Source: Octopus vulgaris (lineage: Eukaryota). From it: a stretch of DNA of 64,000 nt. Positions 11,826-26,339 of this stretch are shown piece by piece (position 1 is the first letter of the stretch; the number at the start of each line of letters is the position of its first letter). The stretch covers positions 37,572,001-37,636,000 of the forward strand of contig OX597816.1 of assembly GCA_951406725.2 (NCBI GenBank). The letters are read 5' to 3'. The notes below the pieces were generated by a model. That model had not been told where the DNA came from and did no database searches. It worked only from the letters and a program-made list of their open reading frames with translations. Position numbers and translations under genes: made by a program.

Positions 11826-14815
11826 CTATAATCAGTGCAAATATAATGAAGGAAGAGAAGGTTTTTTGAATAAGGATTGATAAGCGTTTGTGATGAGAGA
11901 TATATAACGACGTTTTTGGCAGAGTTGAAATGACGTAGGTATGTAATCTCGTTTATTTCCTGTTAACGAACGAGACAAGTAATCTCGTTTACTTCCTGTT
12001 AAAAAGAGAAAAGGAAAATCGAACGGGGAAGAGTTCAGAATACAGCAACGGCGCTGCGTGGATAGTACAAAATACGAGAGAGAGAGAGAGAGCTGCATAG
12101 GGATCGAACCGTTTACCACCTACCTTTTAAACAATCGAGGACTGGACATGAAATTCTTTGGGTAGTATACCTTTTGTTACATAATTTCATCTTTTAATAT
12201 TAATTCACTGATTGTACAATTTCTGTTGTTGCCTTCAGAAGTTCACCCCTTTTATACATAAGAATTTGCTTGATCGTAACAAATTGGGGGCTCGTCCGGG
12301 ATCCCTACATTATAAAACAACTTTATTATTCACCTACGAACTGACCGATTTGAGTTTTTAAAAACAAATTTTTTCAGAGAATTATTCAAAAGTTATCTAC
12401 AAAATTTCCACTGCTGAAATGTATATATTATCTGTATAATTATATATTACCTGTATAATTTTGTATCAACATTCAAAATTCTTCTTGTGAAATCAGTATT
12501 TAAATATGGAGCTTAAGGGTGAAGAATTTAATGAGTTTTCCAGTGTGGAGCAATTAAGGATTTTTAAACAATCAGAATTGTTGTTATTGGCCAAACATTA
12601 TTATTTGGATGAGGTTAAGTCAGTCATAAAAAAGAAAGAGATTTTCAAAGTTGTTTTGGAACATTTGGTTGATGAAGAAATTTTCGAAGATTTGGTTTTG
12701 TCATTGTTGAAATCAGAGAAAACAGAAGAGTTTGAGTTGAGGAAATTAGAATTAGAATTTCAAAAAGCAATAAAGGAAATGGAAATTCAAAAAGAATTAA
12801 AATTGAAAGAAATTGAGTTACAGAGTAGAAAGTTGGACACTCCTCGTGATCAGAAAGATTTTGATGTAGCTAAAAATATTAGACTTGTGCCCCCATTTAG
12901 TGAAAAAGATGTTGTTCAAACTCCAGGCCGTCGAAAACAAAACCGGCTTTGTCACATGAACATGATAAAAAAGTATTATGACAGGTCTAAAAGTGTGCCA
13001 CCAAGTCATTGCTATTGCCTTTGCTATTGATCATGATTTAGACAAGTTGAAAGAAGAATGTGAGCATCTGAAATTTGATAATTTGGCTGAGAAGGCTAAC
13101 CCAAGGTTGAAAAATTCTGAAGTGTTAGCAAATATTCATGAAAAGATAACTCACCTTACTGCAGAACAGCAATGTCAATTGTCAGATTTGCTTCGTGAAT
13201 ACGTACAGTTATTTCCGGATGTACCTGGTCGTACCGATTTAGTTAGTCATGATATTGATGTTGGTGATTCAAGACCTGTTAAACAACATCCTCATCGACT
13301 TCACCCACTCAAGTTGGAACAGCTCCGAAAAGAGGTCAACAACATGTTGGAGAATGCCATCATTGAACCAAGTGACAGTGAGTGGAGCTCGCCGTGCATC
13401 CTAGTACCGAAGCTTGATGGTACTTTTCGCTATTGTACAGACATGAATCGTGCGAATTCTTTGTCTAAGACAGATTCATACCCCATACCAAGAATTGATG
13501 ACAGTATAGATAGAATCGGTCAAGCCAAATATGTAAGTTTGACTTACTGAAGGGACATTATCGAATTCCTTTAACGGAACGTGCCAAGATTTCTGCTTTT
13601 GCTACGCCAGATGGACTATACCAATATAAAGTCATGCCATTTGAACTGAAGAATTCCCCGGCCACTTTTCAACGCCTCATGAATAACATCACTTCAGGGA
13701 TTCGGGGTATCGAGACCTACATTGATGACGCCATCGACCATTCTATGGAGTTGTACGAACATTTAAAGAGGATGCATGCCTTCTTTGAGAAACTTACACA
13801 GGAAAAACTGACTATAAATCTTGCGAAATGTGAATTTACCCAGGAAAATGTGGTGTTTTTAGGGTATGTTGTTGGTCAAGGCCAGGTACAACCGGTTAAA
13901 GCAAAGGTAGAAGCTATTGCAAAATTCCCAGTTCCGTCAAACAAAAAGGAACTTATGAGATTCCTGGGTGTGACTGGTTATTACAGAAAATTTTGTCCAA
14001 ATTTCTTTGATGTTGTGGCCCCTCTCACTAATTTGTTGGAAAAAAGTGTCAAATTTGTTCGGAGTGACAATTGTCAGGCCGTGTTTGAGAGAGTAAAAGC
14101 CATACTCATGAGTTCTCCAGTTTTGGGAAACCATTTAAGCTTTCCATTGATGCAAGTGACATTGGTGTCGGTGGCGTTCTGTTTCAATCAGATGCAAAGG
14201 GTGTTGATCATCCTGTTCGTTATTACTCAAAGAAATTTGACATACAGCAGCGAAATTATTCTACCATTGAGAAAGAAACCCTTGCTTTGTTGTTGTCATA
14301 GCAGCATTTTGACGTATAATTGGGAACCGCCAAGTATCCCATTGAAGTGTTCACCGACCACAATCCGCTGACTTTTCTGCACAAGATGAAGAACAAAAAT
14401 CAGAGATTAATGAGATGGAGTTTATTATCTTTGCAAGAATTTAATCTCAATATTCAACATATTAAAGGTAAAGACAATGTCATTGCGGATGCACTATCTC
14501 GAGTCAGCTGATTGTGACAGGATGTTGCATGTATTTGTATCCCTTATGCAGTTCTCATATTTTGTCATTTTAATAAGAGAGTTTTCACTGCGTTCAACTT
14601 TCTTCCTTTAAGTGGGAGAATGTTGTGTATATCTATAATCAGTGCAAATAACGAGGAAATATAATGAAGAGAACTTACAATGTTTTCTGAATGAGGAGAG
14701 ATAAGCGTTTGTGATGAGAGATATATAACGACGTTTTTGGCAGAGTTGAAATGACATAGGTATGTGTGTGTATTTCTAAATTCGGTGTGTGGTGAGGCAA
14801 ATCGTTGCTAAACCC

Positions 14816-14893
<78 letters not shown>

Positions 14894-15210
14894 GAAGTGA
14901 GCAAGGAACGAGACAGGTAATCTCGTTTACTTCCTGTTAAAAAGAGTAAAGGAAAATCGAACGGGGGAGAGTTCAAAATACAGCAACGGCATTACGTGGG
15001 TAGTACAAAATACGAGAGAGAGCTGGATACGGATCGAACCGTTTACCACCTACCTTTGAACAATCGAGGACTGGACATGAAATTCTTTGGGTATTATACC
15101 TTTTGTTACATAATTTCATCTTTGAATAATAATTCACTGATCGTACAGTCTCTATTGTTGCCTTCAGAAGTTCACCCCTTTTATACGCAAGAATTTGCTT
15201 GATCGTAACA
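11826..15210 (+). mobile_element. Internally deleted Ty3/gypsy LTR retrotransposon with Gmr1-like domain order
   Basis: LTRs at ~11826-12281 and 14621-15210, both ending GATCGTAACA; the 3' LTR starts TGT. PBS TGGGGGCTCGTCCGGGAT at 12285-12302 is complementary to the tRNA-Pro 3' end. PPT AAGTGGGAGAA precedes 14621. Confidence 0.92.
12506..14511 (+). pseudogene. Disrupted gag / integrase C-terminus / RT / RNase H of the gypsy element
   Basis: The gag coiled coil plus LVPPFSEKDV is fused to VQTPGRRKQNRLCHMNMIKKY (integrase tail). RT motifs SEWSSPCILVPK, MPFELKNSPATFQR and YIDD. RNase H motifs FTDHNPL and [10 protein letters not shown]. Several frameshifts and stops. Confidence 0.88.
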
Positions 15211-15228
15211 ATACGTATATATATATAT

Positions 15229-15460
15229 ATTTCTTTATTGCCCACAAGGGGCTAAACACAGAGAGGACAAACAAGGACAGACAAAGGGATTAAGTCGATT
15301 ACATCGACCCCAGTGCGCAACTGGTACTTAATTTATCGACCCCGAAAGGATGAAAGGCAAAGTCGACCTCGGCGGAATTTGAACTCAGAACGTAACGGCA
15401 GACGAAATACGGCCACGCATTTCGCCCGGCGTGCTAACGTTTCTGCCAGCTCGCCGCCTT
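15229..15460 (-). mobile_element. tRNA-derived SINE (GGCGGCGAGCTGG family), monomer
   Basis: Near-identical to the 3704 and 60666 copies. Confidence 0.9.
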
Positions 15461-15493
15461 CAATACATATATATGTATATATATATATATATA

Positions 15494-15541
<48 letters not shown>

Positions 15542-15606
15542 TGTGCGTCTGTGTCTGTGTGTGTCTGTCTGTGTGTCTGTGTGTGTCTGTGTGTGTGTGT
15601 CTGTGT

Positions 15607-15663
<57 letters not shown>

Positions 15664-16569
15664 TGTGTGTCTGTGTGTATGCATGGTTATGTGATGAGTT
15701 GGTTGGGATAACTCATTAATCAAACAGTAAGTTTTGCAGCATACTTATTCAGGTTTAAAAGAGCCGTGATTAAATTCACGTTTGTCTAACATTCGCTTTT
15801 CACATAATTGTCTTCCCACAAATTTCTGTTATTTTCTATCTTCGTCCCTACTTACTTATTTCTACATTAGAAAAAAGTAGTGCTTTTGTTTTTCTGTTTT
15901 TTGTTTCTTCATTATTCTTGTTGTTTTGTACTTTGGTGTTTTTTTTTTCTTATATTTTTTCCTCCCCTGAAGACAGAAATAAAAAATGAGAAATGTATAC
16001 ATATACGTTTTTTTTTGTTTTTTTGTTCTCTCGAAAGTCATTTAATCACATCAATTTTTTTTTTATTCTCTTAACGTCTTCAAACATTTAGGGATTCGTA
16101 CTTCCCCCACTCAATCAGTCATCGCACAATATCTGGTCTAGCATATCGCTCTTTTCGTTTTCTGTTTTCTTTCGCCTCTTCATACAATTTTCTTTTACCA
16201 TTTATTTTTCTTTTCGTCCATAATTGATTCTCAATTTTTTCTTGTCATTTGTTATTTCCTTCTATACTGGTTCTGACTGTTGTTATTCCTGACAATGATT
16301 CTTCTTCCTCTTCTTCTTCTTCTCATTACTATTGTTGATGTTGTTGCTGCTGCCATTGTGATCATTTTTTTGTTTTACTTCTTATTATCTTCATCAAATG
16401 TAGGACAAATTTATTATTATGTCGTCAGAAACCACGTTGTATGTACCTATGTGTGTTTATGTGTTTGTGTGTGCGTATATTAATTCTTATATATGTACAC
16501 ATGTGCATGCGTGTGTGTATGCATGCGTGCGTGTATGTATGTGTGTCAGTGTGTGTCTGTGTCTGTGTC

Positions 16570-16605
<36 letters not shown>

Positions 16606-17699
16606 TGTGTCTGTGTCTGTGTATGTGTGTGTGCGTGTGTGTGTGTATGTATTCTTGCGCACTTATATAGTCCGTTTGTATATTTTCTTTCTGCATCAAT
16701 GCACGAGTGTGTACCTGGATTTTACTTTCTCTGCTCGGCCATAATTTTAACAGAATTCAATCTTTGAAGGATAAATCACCTAATCCATTACTAATGTCCA
16801 TTTAATTTATTCTCCTGGACCTACGTAAGCTGTACTGATGCTCATAAAAGAGGAAGAAAGTTTCAATATATTGGAGGATGTTGTTAATGGTTACTTTCAT
16901 AAACTTTGAGATATTAGAAAGGAATATAATTAAACAGTAGCCGGCAGAATCAGATATTTGGTTCTGCATACCCAAAGGTCAAAGTATACACCACTAGAAA
17001 GAGTAAGGCCGAAGAGTTTGATGAGACTACGGTATAACCCTGGGCATATTATTAGCGTTTTGTTGCTTAAGCAGCTACAGTACTTTTATCTATGGCTTGT
17101 AAGTGTGTATAACGGTGGGTTGCTGATTTATATGGTGATTATTCTCCCGAGTAGAATTCGGAATCCACGTCGGTTGGTCGACAGTTTATAACGATGTATC
17201 GCCAATTTTTAACGGCGTGGGTATTGAGAAGAATGACGAGTGGCATTTTATAACGTGTTCGACTTGAAAATATAATGAATATAAATATTTCTTTAGCAGG
17301 AATCTGTGGTAATAAATCCGTCACTTATAACTTAATTATAAGCATTTTATCACCATACATTTAATATTTACAGTACATTTTTATAAGTCAAAAGAAGACT
17401 GTCGCAGAGAGTTTCGACATAAAATTTGTAAGGTTAATGTTTACAAGTATTATTTAATTCTGTCGTAACTAAGCTACAAAGAGTTTTAAATAACAATTCA
17501 AAATAACCTCGTTGAATTAGACAAAAGACTTGGCATCGTAATAACCAAATCTCTGGAAAGTGAGTGTCGTGGAATCAAGTGATAACCAACGAACACTGAT
17601 TTATTTCCCAAAAATCAGGGTTTTATAACTGCTGATGTCTAAATTCTAAGAACCGTATTTCGTGAAAGATTTCTCTTTGACGAAAGTTAGAATTCAAAT

Positions 17700-18125
17700 A
17701 TGGGCAATAATTCTAACCAATGGGAAACTGATAATTATACCTATTCGGCCAACATGACCATGACGTCATATCACCGCCGATAAAGGTTTATTAAGACTTG
17801 CTACATGTGCTTGGTGTAAGCCTAGAGGAAAAGAAAGGGATAGTTTTAGAGTGAACTTACAACGTGCAGTGCAAAAAGGGAAAAAAGCGGAAAGCGAATG
17901 CAGAGTACTGTTAAGAAAGCCATAATGATTAAGATGCAGTCGGAAAGAAGGTTTCCACATAATCGGTAGAGATTATTTTTGGAAAATTACCAAAAGTATC
18001 GGTCGCAATTTGAGAGGTGGAAGAGTTCGATGGCTGTCCTACGCAGTGAGGCGTCATTCTGGATTCAAATTTATGCCTTTCGGGATTTACAATATTGCCT
18101 AAAGTTCGTTCAGGAAAGGTGGGTG
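17700..18125 (+). promoter_or_regulatory. Possible host promoter / non-coding first exon
   Basis: Lies in a long stretch with no recognised repeat and with CpGs retained. CCAAT at 17717, perfect CRE TGACGTCA at 17761-17768, and donor-like AAG|GTGGGT at 18118/18119. Motif evidence only. Confidence 0.3.
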
Positions 18126-19122
18126 GGTTTTTTTTTCAATGGCTGTAAAAATGTTTTCTTAATAAACCGTTGCAACGCAGCTACGAGTGAATCGCTTGTG
18201 AGATTTCAACTGCAAAAATTTGAACTGTGATCTTTAATTGCTTAGAATTATTGATTACCTACAATTTAAGTGTCAAAATATTTTAGTAAAATAATCAAAT
18301 TCTACATTTATATGTGTCTATCTGAGGACGTATAAACGGTTTCTCGTATTTTATTTTTTATATAATTCAATCTGTATTTATAGAATAAACCTTATAATTG
18401 GCAAGGCAGCCAGTCCTTCTTGTTTGAGTTTTTAAAAGATCCTGCTATGTGTGTATGTGAATGTAATTATGTGTTAAATATGTCTTCCCTGTAGTAAATA
18501 TTTATGTGTATATCACATCATTGCATACATCAGCATTGAATACAATTGTATAGATGTTAGTCTATTTGTCATTTGTGTATAGAAGTGAGAGTACGTGCAT
18601 ATGTGGATCTTTTAATTCTTTGAAATATTATAACAAATAAATAGCAGACTCCAAATCAAAAGTTACTGAAGTTGGAATTTAGACAATCACAATTGTATAA
18701 AATTATATGCATACTTCTGGAAAAAAGTTGCATATTTTCACTGTTCCCCTTACACAATAATTTTTCAGAATACAAGTTAGATGGGGCGTTTTTAACTTGC
18801 AAATTTATTACTTATCTTCTTAGTAATTTTATCAAGTTCATTAATAAATATAAATTTATGTGAATTCATAACCGAAATAACGAAATTGCATATTTTGGTA
18901 CATTCTATTTATAAATGTCCTTTCTCACTGATTATGAACGAAATATTCGTATATCCAATATGAAATGATTTTGATTCTGTCTAGCCAGTTGAATTTTATA
19001 CATTTTTCTGTAATTATTCCGTTAATACTACTTGCGTTGAATGAATAAATCTAATCGAGATCAGTATATTTATACATTTAACCAAGAACATACATTTATT
19101 TTTGAGAATATTTTAATTCTAA

Positions 19123-19350
19123 GATGGCGAATTAGCAGAGCCGTTGCAGCGTTGGTTAGCATGCGTTGCTATACTTGTTACGATTCTCTACGTTCTGAGA
19201 TCAAATTTCGCCGGTGGACAACTTTATCTTTCATACTCTCGGTCAATTTAAAAAAATACCAGTCCAGAGCCATGGATTGACGGAACTGTAAGAAGAGTAA
19301 GATGTTTTGCGATGTCTGTTCCGACATTTTGAGTTCTAGTGGCCTTAAGC
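19123..19350 (+). mobile_element. Two degenerate heads of the GGCGGCGAGCTGG SINE family
   Basis: ACGTTCTGAGATCAAATTTCGCCG...CTTTCATACTCTCGGTC...AATACCAGT matches the SINE consensus at low identity. Confidence 0.55.
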
Positions 19351-20125
19351 TGCGTCAGCTCAAGACGGCAACCTTTTCTCTTTGGTAAACATCAGTGGCA
19401 TATAAAGAGGAAGCATGCAGCATAGACAACAGCCAGTCTTCCTCAAAAAATCTTGCCCAAGCCTGCGCATACATTTGCAGAGGCGTGGTCATACTTGCCC
19501 AATAGAAGCCTTGTGGTGTAGTCCTATTGTATATGTTTTGTACGAACATCATGCAATTTGATATAGTAATGCTGTTAGACACCTACCACAGAAATCTATC
19601 ACAATCAAGGTTTTCCGCTCCCATCTTGCAAGTTTACAGACAACTATTTTTGTTTATCGAGTATTCTGTAACTAACCGTGGTCTTGAACATGACTATAGC
19701 CTTCGAAATTTGACAAGATGGTACGACCATTATTCCATGAGACACAGCATTTGCTGTTAAATGTTGGCATCGTTCCCTCGATGTTGTAGTGTTATTGTCA
19801 TTTGGCCCCAGGTCAGCCTCCATCGAGCTGATCAAAGATGTTGCAACAAGAACCAACCTGTGTTTCAGGATTATCTAAGAATAAATGACATAATTTCTTC
19901 TTCCCCGCCTTTTCAAACAGAAGGGAGATTTGACTGCTATTTCTAGCGCGTAGATAGACCGTGTGGAGTGACCTTCGTTTACTGAATCGTTGACAATTTA
20001 TCAAGGTACGTACTTGTACTTAACTTTTGTTTGTGTACAGAGTGTTTTTATTCTGTCCCTATTAAGGCAAGTCTATCCAACAGTTCTGGTATCACAGATG
20101 TTAGACGCCCATGCTCATTTCCGAC

Positions 20126-20239
<114 letters not shown>

Positions 20240-21279
20240 TGTTTTTCTCATTCCTGAATGCTTGATTTATGTATTTAGCTTTGTGCCTACTGCTCAGTAG
20301 TAGGTTTCCTTCGCAGTCCAATCCAATACCCAAAATGGTACTAGTACTTTAAATGCATTGTGAGATATTTCCTTGCAAACGGAAAGCTTCACTGCCGTAC
20401 ACTTTGGTTTCACACTGTATTTGTTCGCAATATGTATGCACGCATAATAGTAAGGATGCGTTTGTATTTACCATTAGATTCAAATAGAGATTCTTTTAAA
20501 TATGTTTTCAGATCTTGGCTATATAATTACTCTATTTGATCGGCAAAATCTAAATCAATATTTTCTGTATTTCTCTATAAAAAATAATATAGTTTCTGTA
20601 TTTCTCTTAAAAATAAAACATTATCAGTTTCTTCTCAAATCTTTCATTATATACTTTAATACACCTACCGTTGAACTTGAATAAAAATGTAAATCTATCG
20701 TACAAAAGCTGTAGGATTCGCAGTATGCACTGTATATGTTGTCTTTCTCTGGAACAAAATATTCACATCTTACAGGCAACTGAACTCCACATCAGTACAT
20801 TGATGAACATTACGAGATATAGCTATATAGCTACATGAGTAATTTTCAACATTAAATTTTGCACTGAACCTATTATTTTTATTTCAATAAGGGAAGCATG
20901 ATACTGATTTTACCTCTATTTTACACCAAATAGATAACTTTCTCTCTTTATTTCTCTCTACGGAATCCATATCTGAATTGCTTTCAGTGTTTCATATAAA
21001 ATTCCATGAAGTTGTAAAATAGTATCAAATTAAATTTCTTATCAGTTGTTTCAATTCACACACTAGATTGGTTAAATTTATTCCTGCCTCATCCTTTCAA
21101 GGTTTGCCTTAAGTAGAAAAAAAGAATCAATAATTAAGCCTAGAAATTGATAAAAAAAAAACGTGTGGAGCAAGGAAACTGCACTTATCGACTCGCTCAT
21201 CTGCGCTCACAGAAATAAGATATTGCTAACGAAATCTTTATATGAAAGCTTATTTATGCGCGCGAGTGTGCGTGTATGC

Positions 21280-21328
<49 letters not shown>

Positions 21329-21416
21329 ATATATATGTATAAGTTTATGAATATATATATGTATGTATATGTGTATACATATATAATATATATTATATAT
21401 ATGTACGTATGTGTGC

Positions 21417-21453
<37 letters not shown>

Positions 21454-21505
21454 CATATATATGTACACGCGCGCGTGGGTGTGCGTATGTATGTATGTAT
21501 GTATA

Positions 21506-21567
<62 letters not shown>

Positions 21568-21584
21568 TGTGTATGTGTGTGTTT

Positions 21585-21662
<78 letters not shown>

Positions 21663-21739
21663 GGATGGATGGATAAACAAACAGACGGACAGACGGATAG
21701 ATGGGTGAATATGCGCGCGCGCACTCACAATGGCCATTG

Positions 21740-23110
21740 TCGTCTGTTACGGACAGTCTAAACACCATCCTTACATCTTTGTACAGTTATATGCAGCTAT
21801 ACTCATGTATGACTTCTCCAGTGTTAATTCCAGAAACCCTTCCACAGAAACTAAAAGTCGTTGAGGTACTCCCTGTCTGGATTGACTTCTTCATTCTTTG
21901 ACGTTTCAACTGAAGATCTGTATTTGTCACCTGTTCCTATCCAATGCCACATTGGTTGTTGCTCACTGTTCGCCAAGTTCTTCTATCATCAACACTTTCT
22001 CATCTATTATGATTAATATGCGCTTGATCAGGCTGTTCTTACAGAACGTTGAAACGCAGTTCGAGTTTTCCTCGTTTTCAGACTCCTTTGAAAAAGCTCA
22101 CCGAAAAGTAACTGCTTCGGAATTCTGTTGTCTTCCATGCGTTTCGCATAGTGTCAGAGTTGCTTAAATAAAATTGACATAAGGCTGACAGTCGCACTAA
22201 TGATGCTGAAATGCAACACGTTCAGCTCGACTAAGTAATTCTTAACTCAAGACCATAAAGCAATGCGCTGTGGACACCCTTCACAGCTTCTGATCTTAGT
22301 CATTGGACTGAGGATTTTGTTCTTCCATATTTTTCTTGCCTGCAAGCTTTCCAAAATGTTGCGCCTGCTTTGCCTACCCTAATCTTGACTTCTTCTTCAT
22401 CTGCTCCACAGGAAAAACATGTCAACAGTTACCAAAGGGCATTTATCTAAGTTGATATAAACAAACATTGCTTCTTTATCATAAGTTCTCTTCTTTGTGC
22501 TGATCTCCAATAAATTTTCGCGGAGTTGACTCATTGTGAGTTACTAGTACCACATCATCAAGCTTGGTTTTTGCACTCAGATGTGTTATTTTAATTAGGG
22601 AATCTGTTCAGCGACATGGCAAAATACATCCGAAGTACAGTTGGAAGCAGTGCATGATCCTGCTTAATTCCACACTTGATATCATTACTAAATAAGGTTA
22701 ACTATCAAACTAAGCAGTGGCTTTTATATTCTCATGAAAAGAAACAACTAGCCTAAACGGTGTTGGACCTAACCAACTGGCCCGTAAAATGCTTTAATTA
22801 AATCTGTGAAAGCAATATGAAGTTCCTTCCACTTTCCACGATACTGTTCCTGGAGCCAATTCAATGAGAATATCACGTCGGAGATACATAGAGAAAACTG
22901 GAATCCACAATGGCTCACAACCAAATTTGGTATCTGCTTTAAGAGTACGTGGACAAATATTTTCCCTATAATAAAAAGAATTATCTCTGCTTTTGTAGTT
23001 TTTCGATGCTGCCATTTCTCTTTCCATGTTGAATGGTCTCAGCTCAAGCAGGAGTCCATACAGATGCAGAGCAAAATAAACGTTTTTGTTCATTTTAAAG
23101 AGCTCATCTG
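21740..23110 (-). mobile_element. Highly degenerate RTE-clade LINE remnant
   Basis: Minus-strand peptides SGIKQDHALLPTVL (cf. GVKQGCVLAPTLF) and EEEVKIRVGKAGATF (cf. EINRRIGKASAAF). Confidence 0.55.
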
Positions 23111-23117
23111 AGATATT

Positions 23118-23528
23118 GCGCAGGAGTGGCTGTGTGGTAAGTAGCTTGTTTACCAACCACATGGTTCCGGGTTCAGTCCCACTGCGTGGCACCTTGGGCA
23201 AGTGTCTTCTACTATAGCTTCGGGCCGACCAAAGCCTTGTGAGTGGATTTGGTAGACAGAAACTGAAAAGAATCCCGTCGTATATATATATGTATATATA
23301 TATGTGTGTGTGTGTGTGTATTTGTGTGTCTGTGTTTGTCCCTCTAGCATTGCTTGACAACCGATGCTGGTGTGTTTATGTCCCCGTTACTTAGCAGTTC
23401 GGCAAAAGAGACTGATAGAATAAGTACTGGGCTTACAAAAGAATAAGTCCCGGGGTCGAGTTGCTCGATTAAAGGCGGTGCTCCAGCATGACCGCAGTTA
23501 AATGACTGAAACAAGTAAAAGAGAAAAA
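23118..23528 (+). mobile_element. tRNA-derived SINE with CORE-like segment, internal (TA)/(TG) tract and CR1-like tail
   Basis: GGCTGTGTGGTAAG (A-box) and GGGTTCAGTCCC (B-box), then ACCTTGGGCAAGTG, and tail GGCGGTGCTCCAGCATG...ACTGAAACAAGTAAAAGA. Further copies at 28203-28375(+), 38460-38535(-) and 54820-55165(-). Confidence 0.85.
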
Positions 23529-23593
23529 GAGTATTGTCACTGTCAGGGGATTTACAGCTAAGTACTTCACGTACAGTTTTCAATAGACTTCAA

Positions 23594-24085
23594 ATGGACA
23601 AAATTTGGCATCATGGCATCATCAAATAACTACAAAAAAAAAGGTTTAACCCCCCAACGACATTAATGCTAACATGGTTGCTATATGAGGGGACGATGCT
23701 CCAGCTTTAACAACAGTGCAAAAGTACGCAGCTAAATTTTGAAGAGGAAAGGAGAGTCTTGGAGATGACCGAAGGTCTGGACGTCCTACAACTACTACCA
23801 TCGAGGAAAACATTGATCGTCTTCACCACATGGTTATGGGGGACAGGCGATTGACTATAAATCAAATAGTCAATGCTATTAACATATCCTGTGAGAGAGT
23901 TGAGAATATTCTGTACAATAAACTTGGCATGACGAAGAAGGTTTCTGGCACTTTATCAAAAAGGCACCAGGTTGATCCCATCGCGAGGAAATCTTACATT
24001 GTTTGAGCCTCAATCCATTTATTCAACTGCACTCTCTCTCTATCTATCTAGCTCTATCTCTACCTTTCTCTATTTCTCCCCTCTC

Positions 24086-24135
<50 letters not shown>

Positions 24136-24475
24136 CTAGAATCAGATCACCATTTGAAGATTTCAAAAGATCAACTTTCATAACTTAAAGATAGTTTCTT
24201 TATTTTGTTGTACATCACTCAGTTTCGTCAGTTTTCCCTTGACATTTGGTCTTGATAGCCATTCGTAAATGCCTCAGCAAGTTAGCATAGTACTTTCCAT
24301 TGATGGTGTGGTCCTTTTCTAGACAGTTGATAAACGGAATGCCTTTCCCTTGGTCGCTTCATCTCTGCAGATCAAATGACCTAGGCCTTCTTTGGAGCAG
24401 GTGAGGAGAGGTGTTTCCACTGCATGGATTGTCTCTTTGTCTTTGGCTCAAAGTGATGAACCCAACACTCGTTCT
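23594..24475. mobile_element. Rearranged mariner remnant: N-terminal part on + (23594-24010), catalytic part inverted on - (24220-24475)
   Basis: The + strand gives GDDAPALTTVQK...DDRRSGRP. The - strand gives CWVHHFEPKTKRQSMQWKH and TINGKYYANLL. Confidence 0.75.
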
Positions 24476-25075
24476 GGTTTAGGAAACACCCAAGGAGACA
24501 AGTGCGTGCGCGTGTGTGAGTGTGTGTCTGTGTGTCTTGTAGAAAATTATTATTATCAAGCATGTCTTCTACATTGAAGACAGAATACTGCTTCTGTTAT
24601 TCGGCTAATTTATTCCATTCGGATTTTTTTTTACTTTTTTATCTCCAAGTCAATTTAATTAATAATTCAGAGAATTTTACTTGGTAAACTTAATTCTAAG
24701 AATGAGAAAAAAACTCTGAGATCAAACTTTGTGAACTTCATTTAGTGTTTTAATATATGGAACCGTCAATCTATTTAGCCAAATACCTTGAACTATAGAT
24801 TCTCATTATATTTAGTAATATGTATGAGTGTCTGTGCGTATGTGTTCGTGTATGCATATATATATATTTGCATATATGAGTGTGCGTATGTGTATGTGTG
24901 TATATATATATATATAGAAATGTATATATAAACATATATATATATAAGCATATATATTTGCATATATGAGTGTGCGTGTGTGTATGTGTGTATATATATA
25001 TATATAAAAATGTATATATAAACATATATATATATAAGCATATATATATATATATATGTATCTATGTATGCATAA

Positions 25076-25122
<47 letters not shown>

Positions 25123-25167
25123 TATATTCATATGTATATATATATGTGTTTATATATGCATATATAC

Positions 25168-25211
<44 letters not shown>

Positions 25212-25242
25212 GTATATATATGTATACATAAGTATATATGTG

Positions 25243-25308
<66 letters not shown>

Positions 25309-25670
25309 TGTGTGTGCGTATGTGTGTGTGTGTGCCACCAACAATTTTAATTTTATATTATCTCAAAAAAAACTCAGTTAAAAATTCCTGGAAGTATATT
25401 TTGGTTTTATCAACAAACTCATTTAAATTTTAATTTGTTTTTTATTTCTTTTTTTCTTACAAGACTAAGATATTAATATTTCAAATACCTAGTGTTTTGA
25501 GATTACAATACTGTTTTACAACATCGACACAATTTTTCACGCATTTTGATGTTCTACAGTCTAGGAAATATTTTCCCTGTAATTGACAGTTATTTTTCTT
25601 TATTCAAAAACACCCCTTAGCAAATGATTTAAAGAAATAGGTGAAAGGTATTACTGCTACAAAGATATAG

Positions 25671-25819
<149 letters not shown>

Positions 25820-26339
25820 TATAGATAGATATATATATATATTTATATATAGATATATATATATATATATACATACATACATATATATATATACATACAT
25901 ATATATATACATACATATACATACATATACCTTATCCACATATACGTATGTGTGTATATATGTGTATACACATATGCATACATATATATATATATATACA
26001 CACATATATGCATATATATATACATATATACATATATATATAACACATAAGGTACAAGTATACACACACATACACACACTATTGGCACAGGTGTTTGCAC
26101 ACACACACACCTGATAGCCTCACACACATACTATACACAGCCTCTCAAAATGCCACACATATACACACCTTCACACACACATACACACACACATACACAC
26201 ATAAAGTTTCCAGGATAAATCTATGGGACATGTCTGTATGGAATTCATATATGTCAAATGACAAACCGTTAGCGTTAAATATAAGACGTCATCACATTAG
26301 AAACTTGTTGATGGAAAAGACTTCCCCTAGGTATATCAC

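Noticed and set aside
19355-19950. Cluster of short ORFs with coding-like composition
   Set aside because: No recognisable motif; probably a decayed TE that I cannot classify.
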